Below, piece after piece: positions 36,465 through 51,780 of a stretch of 64,000 bases of DNA. The notes beneath the pieces were generated by a model. It searched no databases, had not been told where the DNA came from, and worked only from the letters and a program-made list of their open reading frames with translations. How positions within the stretch are numbered: the stretch's first letter is position 1; each line of letters starts with the position of its first letter. The translations under genes were made by a program, and so were the position numbers. The stretch is from the human T2T-CHM13v2.0 reference genome, Homo sapiens: NCBI RefSeq assembly GCF_009914755.1, contig NC_060926.1; one strand, given 5' to 3'.

Positions 36465-39045
36465 TCATAACTTTTGGGGCATTGCTGAGTCAGAAACTCT
36501 GGGTTGGTTGTTGATGATCACGGCCATTGTCCAGGGCTTATGGTGATCATGAGTCAAATGGGGGAGTGAGTGAGAGGAACAGGACATTGATCTCTGAGAC
36601 AGCCTGGTTCCCCAGGGCAGGGCCCGTCTGTGCCGCCCCGGCCCCAGCCTTGTTCTCGGTGTCTAATGCATGCCAGCGTGAAGTGGGAGTCTCGCCAGAA
36701 GGCTGAGGGACAGGTGGATGAGGGACAGTCTGATCACTGTGAGCCAGGCGTGGGAAAAGCGAGGCTGGGAGAGGAATAGCTGACGCAGGCCCCAGGCGGT
36801 CACGGCACTCAGCTTCCTGGTGGCCTGGAGCTGTGGGGGCTGATCTGCATTGAGAACAATGGCAGCCTTCACAGGAACCATCCACCTCCCCTCTTCTTAG
36901 GCAGGAGGTCCCCAAGCTCCACTGGCACCTGAATCCAGATGATGATATCCTGATGCCAGGTGATGATATCTTCCTGCGGTCGTCCTGAGGGAGCCACATA
37001 CAGGTGCAGGGCTGGGCAGGAGCACGACCCGGGAGGAGACTTTCCCTGGCAGAGAGGCGGGCCTGAGATTTCTTCTGATCAGTGATATCCAGTCCTCTGG
37101 CCGGCAGGCAGTGTGCCCTCTCTGCTTGGCATTTACCGCGGCCTCGCCTGCTGTCTTCTGTGCGTGCCGCGTCTTCTCACCCCATTCACACCTAGAACCA
37201 CGGTGCAGCGGATGTGGACAAGCAGCTGGCAGACGGAGCTGTTGCCATCAATTCTCTTCTCTGCAATAACTGCTCGGCATGGTTCCTAGACACCACGCAA
37301 ATCAATGGAACCTGGATTGAGATTTCTAATGAATAATGTAAGGGTTTAATAAATTTCCAGAGTGCAAACTGGGCTGGCACTAGTGGGTCTGATTGATTTC
37401 TCCTTGAGATGCATGTCTGCACCCAGCTTCCTCTGTGCTCCGCGAGGCGCGAGGGATTGGGGGCCATCAGGGGCAGAGGTGCAGGCTCCGCTGGGACTTT
37501 GAAGCTGGGGCAAGGAGTAGGGCTCACAGTATGCGAGGTGTCGGTCGTGCTCAGGGCCCAGATGGCCAGAGCCTGGCACCCTAAAAAACCCAGCTAGAGA
37601 AAGGACGTTCTGAATAGGTTCCCCCATAGATAAAGGGGTAGGGGGATGTCACAGGAGCCCTTGAAGGGACTGGGCTTCTCCATGGGGAAAGAGAAGACCA
37701 GCGAGAGGAGGGTGAACTTTCTCCCTTCCATTTCATCGAGGCCTCCTGACAACCCGGCAAGGTTGGATTTTGGTCCTGTTTCACAGATAAGCCCCAAGCT
37801 TTAGAGACTTTAAATAACGGTGTCAAGGTGGAATAATGAGACTGTGAGCCGGGGTCCATCGGCCCTGAAGCCTCAGTTCCTTGCTCAGCACAGCCCCCAG
37901 AGAAGAATGACCTTGATGTGGAGGTGATGGGTGGACATGGCAGGAGACTGTCACTGACCAGGCTGCAGGTGTGGATGCAGGGAGGCAGGGAGGAGGGGCC
38001 GCTTAGGAGGGATGGGTGCTTCTGGGCAGGTGTGAGCAGGTAGGGTGGGCCCTTGCTAGTGATGTGCCAAGGAAGCTGGATTCTTTTGGATGTCAGCTGC
38101 AGTCTTGGAACTCTTGGACCCTGAGGGACTTCTGGCACTGAGACCCTCAGGCTCTGAGAAGGATTGCTGTTTCCTTGGTGAGCAGCTCCCACTCACCTGT
38201 TAGCAGGAGCAGTGCATCCCCACAAGGGCTCGTACAGTCACATTGAGGCGGGGTGTGCCTCCTTGGCCCCGACAGCCCCAGCTGCTGTGCCCGGCACCCC
38301 AGCTGCAACCATGATCACACAACCCAGGGCTGCTTCCAGCTCTTGACTGGCTGGATATGGAGGGAGATGAGGCAGGCCTAACCCCAGGATCACCCACATG
38401 GCAAATCCCATCTGACAGCTGCTTCTCAGAGGACACAAACTGACACTAGTGGCACCAAGAAGACAGGTATTGACATGAAGACCTGGGACCATCTCACTCC
38501 AGCCAGCAGGCGCTGAGGTGTCAAATGTTTCATGGATAGGTCCCCGCACAGAGTAATACCTCAGAGCCACAGAGTCCCTGCTGGGACCTGGGAAAGTGTC
38601 CTGATGGTGGGGAACAGTGCGGCAGGACAGCGATGCCGGCATTGGATGGAGGAAGGAAGCCACAAGCGCAGTGGAGCTGACAGGTGGACCGAGCTGTCTT
38701 GGCACCTGCAGGAGCATAATAAAACTGAGGGGCGGAGCCATTGCCAGGTGTGTCTGGGAGCCAGTGGGTTCTTTGACAGCACAGAGAGGCCCCAGTCTCT
38801 GCAGGTCAGACCAGACTGAGCCCTGCAGCCTGAGGGTGTCACTGTGAGAATCAGGCTCTGGAAACATTTGCATGCATGCTTGCCATTCTCAGCCATAGCA
38901 GGTCTGTCATGCAAACCTCCCAGCCCTGAGGAAAACCTGGGGCCCTGAGCAGACCCAGGAGCCCTGGGGTGGGAGGGGCAGCTGCCCGTTCGCCATCACT
39001 CCTGTGATCACTGGAGGGCTCACTGACGGGTGTGCTTGCTGGGGA

Positions 39046-39132
39046 CACACCGAGGATCCCATCACACCTCCAGTCACACTGAGGATGCCACTGCACCACC
39101 AGTCACACCGAAGATCCCATTGCCCTGCCAGT
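39046..39132. repeat. 29-bp degenerate tandem repeat x3
   Basis: cacaccgaggatcccatcacacctccagt variants. Confidence 0.8.
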
Positions 39133-39579
39133 CCCAGCTGCTGCTGGAGCTTTGGAATCCTCATGGTTGGGGCACACAAGGCAGCATCTTGGTGGGGGTA
39201 ATGGCACCTGGTGGGCAGAAGGAGGCCGGAGGATTTGCATCCCTGTGAGCCCAGGTGATGCTCCTGGTCCCTCCAGGGACTCCCTTTCACTTCCTCACTC
39301 TGAATGGATATGTGTGGCTCCCTGGCCTAAGCAAGGTATAGCCACCAAGGGCTCAGTCCTGCAGGAATGAAGGGCAGGGTCACTCTGGTGACTGCTGAGG
39401 GAGGGGGCTTCAGTGTGGATGCCAGAGGAGGAGAGGATGAAGATCAGCTGTGGCCCCAACATGAACTGTGCATGACAAAGGCTGCAGCTGCCCCCCAACC
39501 TTGCTCTCCAAAGTGACGCCACAGGAAGAGGGACCCAGGGAACCGTGGAGAAGCTGCCCTCAGTCCCAGACCCCAGGGG

Positions 39580-40045
39580 ACAAGGAGTGGACTGTGGTGG
39601 CCCTGCAACGTGCCCCTCTGACTGTGGGGAGAGACATTGCCTGAGGACCCAGCTGCTGGGCTATGAAATCCATCACCATGCCCATCCCAGGGCCACGCTG
39701 GCCATGGCTGCCGGCCGCTAATAACAGTGAGACAGGGACGGTAAGGCGGTTGGCTCCAGGGAGGTGCCGGGCACCTTGGACGGGTGAATTTTGCTCCGAG
39801 TCTGACGGCCTTGCTAAACTCTCTTGGAACTGCATTGCAATGTCCTAGAATGGAAGTCTGAGGTGCTTCCAAACATCTCTCATTCCTTCTCCCTTTCCTG
39901 GGGTCAGCCCCGAATTGTGGTGTGACAGCCCTCCTAGCCTCACCTGACCACCTCTGCGTTTTTGCTCACAGGTATTGCCCCTAAACATCTCCTGCAATCG
40001 AATTCTGTCTTGGTGCCTGCTTCTCAGCAGACCCGGGCAGGACTT
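39580..40045 (+). mobile_element. Old ERVL LTR (LTR16/LTR40-like)
   Basis: 3' end tctgtcttggtgcctgcttctcagcagaccc. Confidence 0.55.
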
Positions 40046-40592
40046 GTTCCCCTGTAGCTGTGTTGTGTGAGAAATGATCTCCTCAGGCTTTCTTTTTTAA
40101 ACTGGAAATTAAAAAATAAATTTCCAATTCTTTGTAATTCTTCTGTATTAAAATATAACATGAATACCAATAAGTGCACTTCTGAAGTGTACAGCTCATT
40201 GTACTTTATATGCCCATGTAAATTTTATCCAATCAAGACCTGGAACTTTCCTAGAACCGTAGAGCTAATTCCCAGTCATCACTCCTCTAAAGAAAGCCAC
40301 TATTCTGGCTTCTATCACCATAGGTTAATTTGTCCATTTTTTAATGTTATTGAATACATTGTATCTTCTTTATGTCCAGAGTCTTTTGGCCTTTGAGATT
40401 TAGCCATTGGTTACCTTTAGCAGCCATTTATTCTTTTAATCATGAGTTGCTTTAGTATTCTATTGCATGAACAGACTGTAATTTATTTATTCATTCTGTT
40501 GTGAAAAGACATTTGGGGTGTTTCCATTTTTTGGCTATTATAATAAGGTTGCCATGAATAGTTTGATCCATGGGTATAGGTATATCCACTGA

Positions 40593-41003
<411 letters not shown>

Positions 41004-41985
41004 TAAAGTAGTTGTGCCAATTTAAACTCCCACCATAGTATGATGGTTCCATTTGCCCCACATCCTTGCCAACACTCTAGGCACATGTATATGAATGTAC
41101 GTATATGAATATATATGAATGCATATTCATATATATTATTTATGTATATATTCATATATTATGAATTAAATATAAATGTAATTTTAGGTATTTTGACAGG
41201 TACATAGTAGAATTTCATTGTGGTTTTACTTTCCTTGGTGAGTAATCATATTATACACCTTTCATGTACATATTGACATTTGCATGTCCTTTTTAATGAT
41301 CAACAGTCAATATTTTTCCCATTTTGGGGGAAACGTCTTATTGATATGTTAGAGTTCTTTTTACATTCTGGATGTGCGTTCTCTGTTGGTTATATGTACT
41401 GCAAATATCTTCTTCCACACTGCAGCTTGCCTTTCACTCTCGTGTGTATTTTGATAAGTAGACATTATTTATTTTAATAAAGTATAATTCATCAATTTTT
41501 TAATCTTTAGCTAGTTGTTTTTAAATTGTACTTATTTATTGTTTGTCTCCAAATATAAAAAACTCCATGAGGAGAGGGTCTTTGTTTTGACATTTCCCTG
41601 TCTCCCATGTCAGAAACAGAGCCAGGCTCACAGTAGTTGCTCAATAAATTATTAGTTTTTCTTTTTTTCTTTTATTATTGCTTTTATTTGACACATAATA
41701 ATGGTACATGTTTATGGGGTCCACTGTGATATTTCCATACAAGCATACAATGTGTAATGGTCAGATCAGGGTCATCCCCTCAAACAGTTATGATTTCTTT
41801 GTGTTGAGAACATTCAAAATCTGCCCTTCTATTCAGCTAGTTATTTTTATTTTCTGTTTAAGAAGTTTTTACCGATCTCAAGTCATACAAATAGTCTCTT
41901 TTTCTTTTTTTTCTCTGGAAGCTTTTTTGCTTTTACTTTTCACTTTTAGGCCTGCAGTTCGTGAGAACTTAAATTCTGTGTAGGG

Positions 41986-42267
41986 GGCTGAACTCTGTGG
42001 CTCACGCCTATAATCCCAGCACTTTGGGAGGCTGAGGCAGGAGGATTGCATGAGCCCAGGAGTTTGAGACCAGCCTAGCCAATGTGATGAGACCCCACCT
42101 CTACAAAAAATACGAAAATTAATCAGGACTGATGACATGCCTGTAGCATCAGCTACTCAAGAGGCCAAGTGGGGGAATCACTTGAGCCCAGCAGGTCAAG
42201 GCTGCAGTAAGCATTTCAGCCTAGGTCACAGAATAAAACCCTGTCTCAAACAAACAAACAAACAAAA
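41986..42267 (+). mobile_element. AluJ
   Basis: ggaggattgcatgagcccaggagtttgag diagnostic; (AAAC)n tail. Confidence 0.9.
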
Positions 42268-42509
42268 TGTGTATAGTGTAAGACAGGGATTGAAGCTTAT
42301 GATATCAAGTATCCAATTGGTACATCACCATTTACTTGAAAAGGTCATCTCTTCCCACTGCATTTCATGATTTTTGTCATAAATCATGTGATCATATGGG
42401 TCTGTTTCTGGGCTCTCTGTACTGTTATTCTAGCTAATTGTCTATTCTTGCTTCTTACATTTATTTAGGCTTAAAGTAAGTTTTTGGTACCTGCTAGTGT
42501 ATGTCCTTC

Positions 42510-42968
42510 AATATGGGGGATCAAAGATGATCAGAAATATTTTGGAACTTCACTCATCAGTCTGGAGGACCCAGTGACCACTTGACCAATAGAGAAAGGC
42601 AGCAGCAAGGCTGACTCTGTTTCTGGGGCCAGGTTTTGAGAGACTGGTGACTTCAACTTCTTGTCTCTTGGGTCTTTTGCTTTTGGAGCTCTGAGAAACT
42701 ACATAAGAAGTCCGACTACTGTGAGGCCACCATGCCAGAGAGACTCTATGAAGAGACACATTTAATTCTGAGACTACCTGATGAGAGTGAGGTGCCTCAT
42801 CAGTCCCCATCCATTTTATCCCTGAGTTGCACAGGTATTCCAGATAAGGCTCCAAACACTGGGATCAGAGACAAGTGCTTCCCATTAAATTTTGCTCCTA
42901 AATAAATTATTGTTGTTTTAAGCCACTAAGTTTTGGAGTGGTTTGTGTCACAGTAATAGATAACTGGC
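42510..42968 (+). mobile_element. MLT1 (G/H-like) LTR
   Basis: ttgttttaagccactaagttttggagtggtttg...atagataactgg end. Confidence 0.7.
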
Positions 42969-43591
42969 TCCTCTAATTTTGATTTCCTCTAGATTACCTT
43001 GCCTATTCTTCACACTTTAAATTTTACTATGAATTTTAGAATAAAATTGTCAATTTTCATTGAAAATCTGCTGAGATTTTGATTAGAATTGCATGGACTC
43101 TATAGATTTATTGAAGCTTCCAGTCAATGAACATGATATAGGATATATTTCTATGTTTATTTAAGACTTCTTTAATTTCTCCCATTAATGTTTGTAGTTT
43201 TCTATATAAAGGTCTCATATATACTTTATTATCCTCAGATATATGGTGTTTAATGATGCTATTATTATTATCTATGATATTGCTTTGCATTTTTATTTTT
43301 AAATTATTTGTGTCTAGCATATTTATATTTTGATTTTAATTATATTATAATTTTAATCATAAGAACATAAATTTGAAATTTAATCAGAATTGTTTTATGG
43401 CCTGGCATACAGTTTATATTAAGAAATGTTACTGGCACATTTGAAAAAAGATGTGTTCTTTTGTGGTTGGGTGCAGTGTTTTATACATGCCAATTAGGTA
43501 AATTTTGTTTAAACATTTGATGTCACTATTGATTTTTTTTATCTGCTTGTCCTATTCAGTGGATAAAAGTGAGTTAAAAATTCCAACCATA

Positions 43592-43914
<323 letters not shown>

Positions 43915-44311
43915 TTAGTCTTTCTCCTTTTGTTTCTACTACTTTTTGCTTTTATATTTCAAGGCTATATTTTAGGTGCATGCAAATTTAGGACTTGACC
44001 TCGTGGACTGACCAATTTGTCATTACGAAATATCCCCCTTTCTCTCCAGTAGAACGTATTACCCTAAAGTCTACTTTGTCTGATATTTGGATAGCTTTAC
44101 CAGCTTTCTTTTCATTAGATTTTGCAGCTTTGTTTTGATCAGTTGTTTTCTTTTTTGGCCTGTTATAGTTAAGATGTGTCTCTTGTATTTAACTTATAGT
44201 TGTTTTCCTAATTCATTCTTACAGTCATTGCTTTTTATTAGGAATATAGCCCATTTACATTTAATGCCATTGATTTTATTTTAGATTTAAATATAACATC
44301 TTGATGTTTGA

Positions 44312-44608
<297 letters not shown>

Positions 44609-45944
44609 TGATTTTTGTTGCCCTATTTGTTCACCTTTTTTCTTTTCTTTTGAATTGATATAATTTCATTATTCTATTTTTTGCTCAATTGGTTTGTTAG
44701 TAATCTATTTAAAACATTTTAGTCAGTAGTTTTCCTAGAGGTTACAAAATGCATCCTTGACATACTGTTGTTAGATTCTACCTTAAATTGGAAGGTGTAT
44801 CATTTTGCAGATAATGTGAGAATTCTGCAACACTTTAACTTTTTTTATCCTTCCCAAGTTTGTACTATTGTTATCATAATTTTAAATTTATGTTTAAGCT
44901 CTAGAATCCATTTCTATTATTGTTTTAAACATGCAATATTCACTAAGATTTAACCATATATTTGTACTTTCTCACTTCTACTGAAATAATTCTGCCTGGA
45001 ATTATTTTCCTTCTGCCTGAACAACTTTCTGTAGTATTTACTTGAGGGTCTGTGATAAATTTGCTCAGTGTTGGTTTGTCTGAAGGTTTTTTTATATACC
45101 TTAATTTTTTGGAGGATATTCGAAGTAGATATAGAATTTTTATTGGCAGTTATTTTCTTTTAGTATTTAAAGATTTTATTCCGTCATATTCTAGTTTTAA
45201 CCATTTCTGTGGGAAAGCTACATTCTTATTATTGCTTCTATGAAGGTAGTGGGTCTTTTTCCTCTGGGCCTTTTTTTTTCTTCCACCATCTTCATTTTCC
45301 TGCAGTTTTACTATGATGTGCCTAGGTGTATTTTTTTATTGTATTATTTTCAGCTTGGGTATATAGACTATCACTGTTGTAAAATTCTTAGCATGTCTTC
45401 AAATATTGCTCTTGCTCAATTGTCCTTCTCTCATACTCTTCTGGAAATCCAGTTACATTTATGATAGACTTTTCTACCATATTCTATATGTTTCTTTTTT
45501 TCCCTGCATTTTCAACCCCTTTTTTTTTCTATGCTGTAATCTGAATATTTTCACTGATGTATTTTCCAATTCACTAATCCTTTCTTTTGCCATATCCAAT
45601 CTTCTTTTAAATCAATATATGAATTCCTAATTTTATTTATTATATTATATATATTTTTAGTTCTAGGATTTCCAATTGATTACTTTTATAGATTCATCAG
45701 CTCTCTGATGAAATTAATATTTTTCCACATTTTCTTGAACATGATAATCATACTTACTTAAATTCTGTATTTGATTTAAATTCTGTATTCAATGCCTCAG
45801 ACCTGGATCCCCTTTGAGACTGTTTCTACAGTCTATTCTCTTAGTTTTCTGCCATTTGGTCCTATTTCTTGGCATGCTTGTAATTTTTAATTGAAAATGC
45901 AAAATTTTTTAGTTCCCCAAATGAGTTGATCATCTTTCAGAGAC

Positions 45945-46000
45945 AACATATATATATACACACACATATATACATATGTATGCATATATACATATACAAC

Positions 46001-46033
<33 letters not shown>

Positions 46034-46050
46034 GTATGTATGTATATATG
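45945..46050. repeat. (TA/CA)n microsatellite
   Basis: Directly visible. Confidence 0.9.
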
Positions 46051-47599
46051 GCAAACAGATGAATATGGGTAGTTCACCATGACCTCTTTAGGGCTGATCT
46101 ATTTCAGCTATTTCTTACTACAAGGGCAGAGAATTTCAGGGGTCTCAACTGAAAGCTTAGATTATTACTGGAGCCCCTCTTCCCTGGTGGACTCTGAACT
46201 CCAATTTTTGTCATTCCAGCTCTGTGGCATTGTTGTAATCTCTGTTTAGCCCTTTAGCCTCTTAGAAGCTGCTCTCTGCTTGGTTTTGTGAAGTTTCACA
46301 CTGAATTGTGTGACTTAGGCATCTGAACATGTCTTAATAGTGCAGAATTCTAGGCTCACCTTCCCAGAATTTGCTTTCTTCTGGGATCTTGGCACTTACG
46401 CAGTGGTTTCTTTGGTAGCCTAAACTTCAATTCCATCTCCAAATGACCGTTGCAAGCTCTAATCCACTGTTTTATCTGCATGTCCTGTTCTGCTGATTAG
46501 CAATTGCTTCAGAGAAAGGAAGGGTGTATACCTGTGGGCTCACTTCAGTGTACTCTCTCCTCTCCAGGACCGTGGCCTCTGAAGTCCTGGCTGCCTTGTT
46601 TTTCTCTAGCACCTTCCAACCCAGCCATTTTCATGCATTGTGTCCAGCCTCTATATGCAGGCTGGTTAATCTGAAACTAGCTGTGCCATAACCAGAAGGG
46701 AAAGGCCCCCCTTTGATTGGATTTTGAATTCATGTTTCCTATGTTTACTTGGTAGTTACTGACTCAAAAATGGCTAAAACTATGATACTTGTTGTCCCTG
46801 AGGCCCCATTTATCTTCTTGCCAACTCCACAGTCTATGACACATAGACTGGAGTCTGGGATGGTGTCAAGGAAGCTTTAGAGTGGAGACCATCCAGAATA
46901 CCGACACCCCTGGGATTCATGCAATTGATCTATGCAGGTTAATAGAGAACTCTATTTGCTATGTCTATATTTAGCAGCTAAGGCTTCCTGTGTATGGTAC
47001 ATAGTCCTTGATGTTAAATCTGCTTTTCTACACACCCCTGCCTGCCCTACCCCAGGCGTTACTGCCAATAGCTCAGTGTGTATATTCCACCTCCTCCCTG
47101 GGGCTCAGTTTTTCCTCCTATAAAATGAGCAAGTGGAGTTTGGAAGTTTGATATGGACTTTTTCAACATACTAATTTTATCTTGGCTTATCCATTGCAAA
47201 GGGATCTATTTAAACTGTTTATTGATTTGAGGCAGGTATTAGACCCAAGTAAGTGATGTCTTGAACTTCATTGTTATTAGCTCATCCCAGGGTATGTGGT
47301 TTCCATGGTTTGGCATCCACCTTGAGTAGGATTGGCAATGGGATTACAATTTAATATTTATCAAACCAAAGTGTTTTGTTTTAATTTTTATTGAGAACAC
47401 AAAAGAATATCTTACCTCTCGGTCACTGTCTGTTAGTATTTGACTGTGGAGTGTTAGCATGCATGTCCCTGGGGTCCTTTGAAAAGTAATTATTTCACCC
47501 GTAGTTACATTTTCTATAGTGGAACCTGTTTGGGAGGAGAGTCTCTTGCTTCTGCAGGTGGCTGCATACAGCTTACCAAACTGAGTTGCATCACACATC

Positions 47600-48715
47600 T
47601 CCCTGTTTAGAGTCCATCAGTGGCTTCTCATGGCCTAGAATAAAATCTCGGTGCCTTGGCCTGGTACCCCTGGAAGCCTGATCTTGGTGCTAAAGCTCAC
47701 TGCCTTTTCCCAGATCCTCAGTAAGCCCCTTTCCACTCCAGGGCCTTGGCCCGGACAGTCCCCTCCCCCTGAGATGCTCCTTCTTTTGCCCTTCTCGGAG
47801 TCAGTTCCTTTATCCCCTCCGCTCTCATTCTCCATGTGACATCCTCCTAAATGCCCTCTCTGGCCCCCTGAGAGAAAGAGGATACCCTGTCATTCTCTCT
47901 CCCACCACCCTGTTCTTTTCCTTTCTAGGATTCATCATAATTGTCATTATATAAGCATTTGTATGAATAATTTTAAACCTGTTTTAAAATTTAATATTGA
48001 ATTGATACAAAAGAACGTTTAACATTTTGTGCAAGGAATAATTATAATACAGAGCATGTCTGCATAACCACCTCCAGATTAAACCCTGGAGTGTTGCTTT
48101 GAAGCCCCTCTGTGTGCAGCCCCTCCCGGGACTCTTCTCCTCCCTTCCCCTGGAGGTAACCATCTCCCTGAATTTTATGTGACATTCTCTTGCATTTCTT
48201 TTTGTTTTACTACTTTATTTATAGTATCCCTAAACCATATATGTTTAGTTTTGCATGTTTTAAAACTTCATGTAGATGGAATTACACTGAATATGTTCTT
48301 TGGATTCCTGCTCTTCAACTTTACATAATGTTCCTGAGATTCATCCATGTTAATGCATTTAGCAAGAATCAGTGCGTTTTCACCACCATGCTGCATTCTG
48401 ATGTTTGAGTAAATCACAGATAACTTATTTCTTCTGCAGTTGGTGGACATCTACATTGTTCCCAAGTCTTTTGGTCTCACAAGCAACGCTGCTGACAATG
48501 TTCTTTCCCTCAAAGCTGGGAGTGGGTTTCTCCAATGCCAAAGTGTTTTTGATGCTTGATTCCCTCAAAACTGGGCTTACCCACAGGCCTACAAGCTCTG
48601 TGAGGGCAGTCCCTGATTTCTCCTGATCACTTCCACTGTATCCTCAGAGCCAGCATTATGTCCAGGCATCATCTCACTCGATTCTCAATAAATATTGTTG
48701 AGTGAATAAATGACT
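47600..48715 (+). mobile_element. L2 split by an antisense L1ME fragment (about 47980-48510)
   Basis: L2 3' end ctcaataaatattgttgagtgaataaatga. Confidence 0.65.
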
Positions 48716-50172
48716 GTGTGGATGACACAATGAATCTCCCTGGTGATCTCATTTGCATTTTCTGTGTCACTAGCCCCAGCCCTGCTGCGCCACGTGAGCT
48801 CGGCCTGACCGTTGCTTATTGGCCATCACTGCCTGGACAGCCCCAGGCACCTAACCCTCACTTTGGCTCAACTGTGAGTGCTCATGTCTGCTTGCTTCCT
48901 CCTTAACCTCGAGCTGCATCTTTCTAACATGGGAGCTGTTCTTGGTCCTCTCTCTTACCCCCTCAAATACTTCAAATTGAACCCCAAGTTTTGGGCACTC
49001 TAGTCTTTAATATCTCAGCCTCTGTCCTAGCCAAACTCCTTTCCACCATCTCAGTCCAGTGTTAATCGACTTGGTGAGGACTGGGTTGGTGTCTGCCTGG
49101 ATTTCAATCCCAGTGCTTGGCCATGCTTGCTTGGAGAGGCGGGTGCAGCCTGGGGCTGGGGGTGTGGGTGGGAGAGAGTCAGGCACTCCCACCCTCCGCA
49201 TGCGGTGCTTCTCCCACGGCTTAGCTGCTGTGTGCCTTGCCACCTTCCTGTGGACCCGGGCACTCCTGCAGCCCTGGTCGGTGTGATCCTCTGATACTCG
49301 GCTCAATGCCATCCACCAGGGATACTGGCCCATCCTCAGTGGTTCCAAGCTCCCACAGCACCTGACCTCGCTCTGTCTCACTGAGTCTTCTCTATCCTTT
49401 ATGAGCCAGTGTGTCCCCTTGAATTCATATATTGAAGTCCTAACTCCAGTACCTCAGAGTGTGATTTTCCATGGAAATTAGTTTCTATTTTTTTATTTTT
49501 TTTATTTTTCAATTTTTATATATTTAGATGGTACTAGTACAGATTTCTTACATATACCACATATGGTATGGTGAAGTCTGGGCTGTTAGTGTATTTCTCA
49601 CCTGACTAGTGAACACTGTCCCAAGTAGGTAATTTTTCGACTCTTACCCCGCTTCCGCCCTTAGAAAGAAGATTTTCATTTATGTATTTATTCTTCTATG
49701 CACTCAACTCCAAAGAGATTTTTTTAAAAAAAACAATTTCAACTTTCATTTTAGATTCAGGGGGTTCACGTGCAGGTTTATTACGTGGGCATATTGCGTG
49801 ATGCTGAGGTTTGGAGTATGAAAGGCCCCGTCACCCAGGTAGTGAGTGTAGTATCCTGCAGGTGGTTATTCAGCCCTTGCCCCTCTAGTAGTTCCCAGTG
49901 ACTATTGTTCCCATCTTTATGTCCACGTGTACCCAACGCTTAGTTCCCACTCGTAAGTGAGAACATGCGGTTTTTGCCCTACTGTTAATTCACTTAGGAA
50001 AATGGCCTCCAGCTGCATCCATGTTGCTGCAAAGGGCATGATTTTATTCTTTTTTATGACTAAGTAGTATTCCATGGTGTATATGGACCACATTTTCTTT
50101 ATCCAATCCACTTCTGGTAGGCACCTAGGTTGGTTCATGTCTTTGCTATAATTATTTGTAGTGCTGCTGTGA

Positions 50173-50611
<439 letters not shown>

Positions 50612-51464
50612 TGAGCTAATTTACGTTCCCACGAACGGTGCAGAAGCATTTCCTTTTCTCTGCAGCCTTGCCAGCTTCTGTTATTTTTTGACTTTTTAAT
50701 GGTAGCTGTTCTGACTGGTGTGAGATGGTATCTTGCTGTGGTTTTGTTTTGCATTTCTCTGATGATTGATGACGTTGATTATTTCTTCATGTTTGTGGGT
50801 CACCTGCACATCTTCTTTGGAGAAGTGTCTGTTTGTGACCTTTGCCCATGTTTTAATTGCCTATGTTTTTTGTTTATGGAATTGTTTAAGTTCCTTATAA
50901 ATTCTGGATATTGGACCTTTGTCAGATGCATAGTTTGCAGTATTTTCTTTTATTCTGCAGGCTGTCTGTTTACTCTGCTGGCAATTCCCTTTGCTGTGCA
51001 AAACCTCCTGAGTTTAATTGTCCCAGTTGTTAATTTTTGTTTTTGTTGCAATTGCTTTTGGGAACTTAGTCATGAAATCTTTGCCAAAGATGATGTTGAA
51101 AAGGGTTTTTTCTAGATTTTCTTCTAGAATTATGATAGTTTGAGTGGTCTTACATTTAAATTTTTAATCTCTCAAGTTAATTTTTGTATATGATGAGAGG
51201 TAGAGACCCACTTTTATTCTTCTGCACGTGGCTAGACAGTTGTATTCAATGAATGACATGTTTCAAGTGCTGCTGGATTTTGCTAGTATTTTGTTGAGGA
51301 TTTTTGTGTCTATTCATCTGGGATATTGGCCTGTAGTTTTCTTTTTTCATTGTGTCTTTGCCAGGTTTTGGTACTAGGGTGAGACTGGCTTCACAGGATG
51401 AGTTAGGGAGGAGTCCCTTGTCCTCGATTTTTTGGAATGGTTTCAGTAGAATTGGTACCAGCTC

Positions 51465-51780
51465 AGCTGGGCATGGTGGTGTATATCTGTAATCCCAGCA
51501 CTTTGAGAGGTTGAGGCTTGCAGATTTCTTGAGCCAAAGAGTTCAAGACCAGCCTGGGCAACATGGCAAAAACTCATCTCTACAAAAAATACAAAAATTA
51601 GCCAGGTATAGTGGGGCACTCCTGTAGTCCCAGCTGCTTGGGAGGTGGGAAGATTGCTTGAGCCTGGGAGGCGGAGGTTGCAGCAAGCAGAGATTGTGGC
51701 CCTGCACTCCAGCCTGGGCAACAGAGTGAGACTCTGCCTCCCGAACAAACAAACAAACAAACAACTCAACAAAACAAAAC
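51465..51780 (+). mobile_element. AluJ inserted in L1
   Basis: Perfect 17-bp TSD AGAATTGGTACCAGCTC (51448-51464, 51781-51797). Confidence 0.95.
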
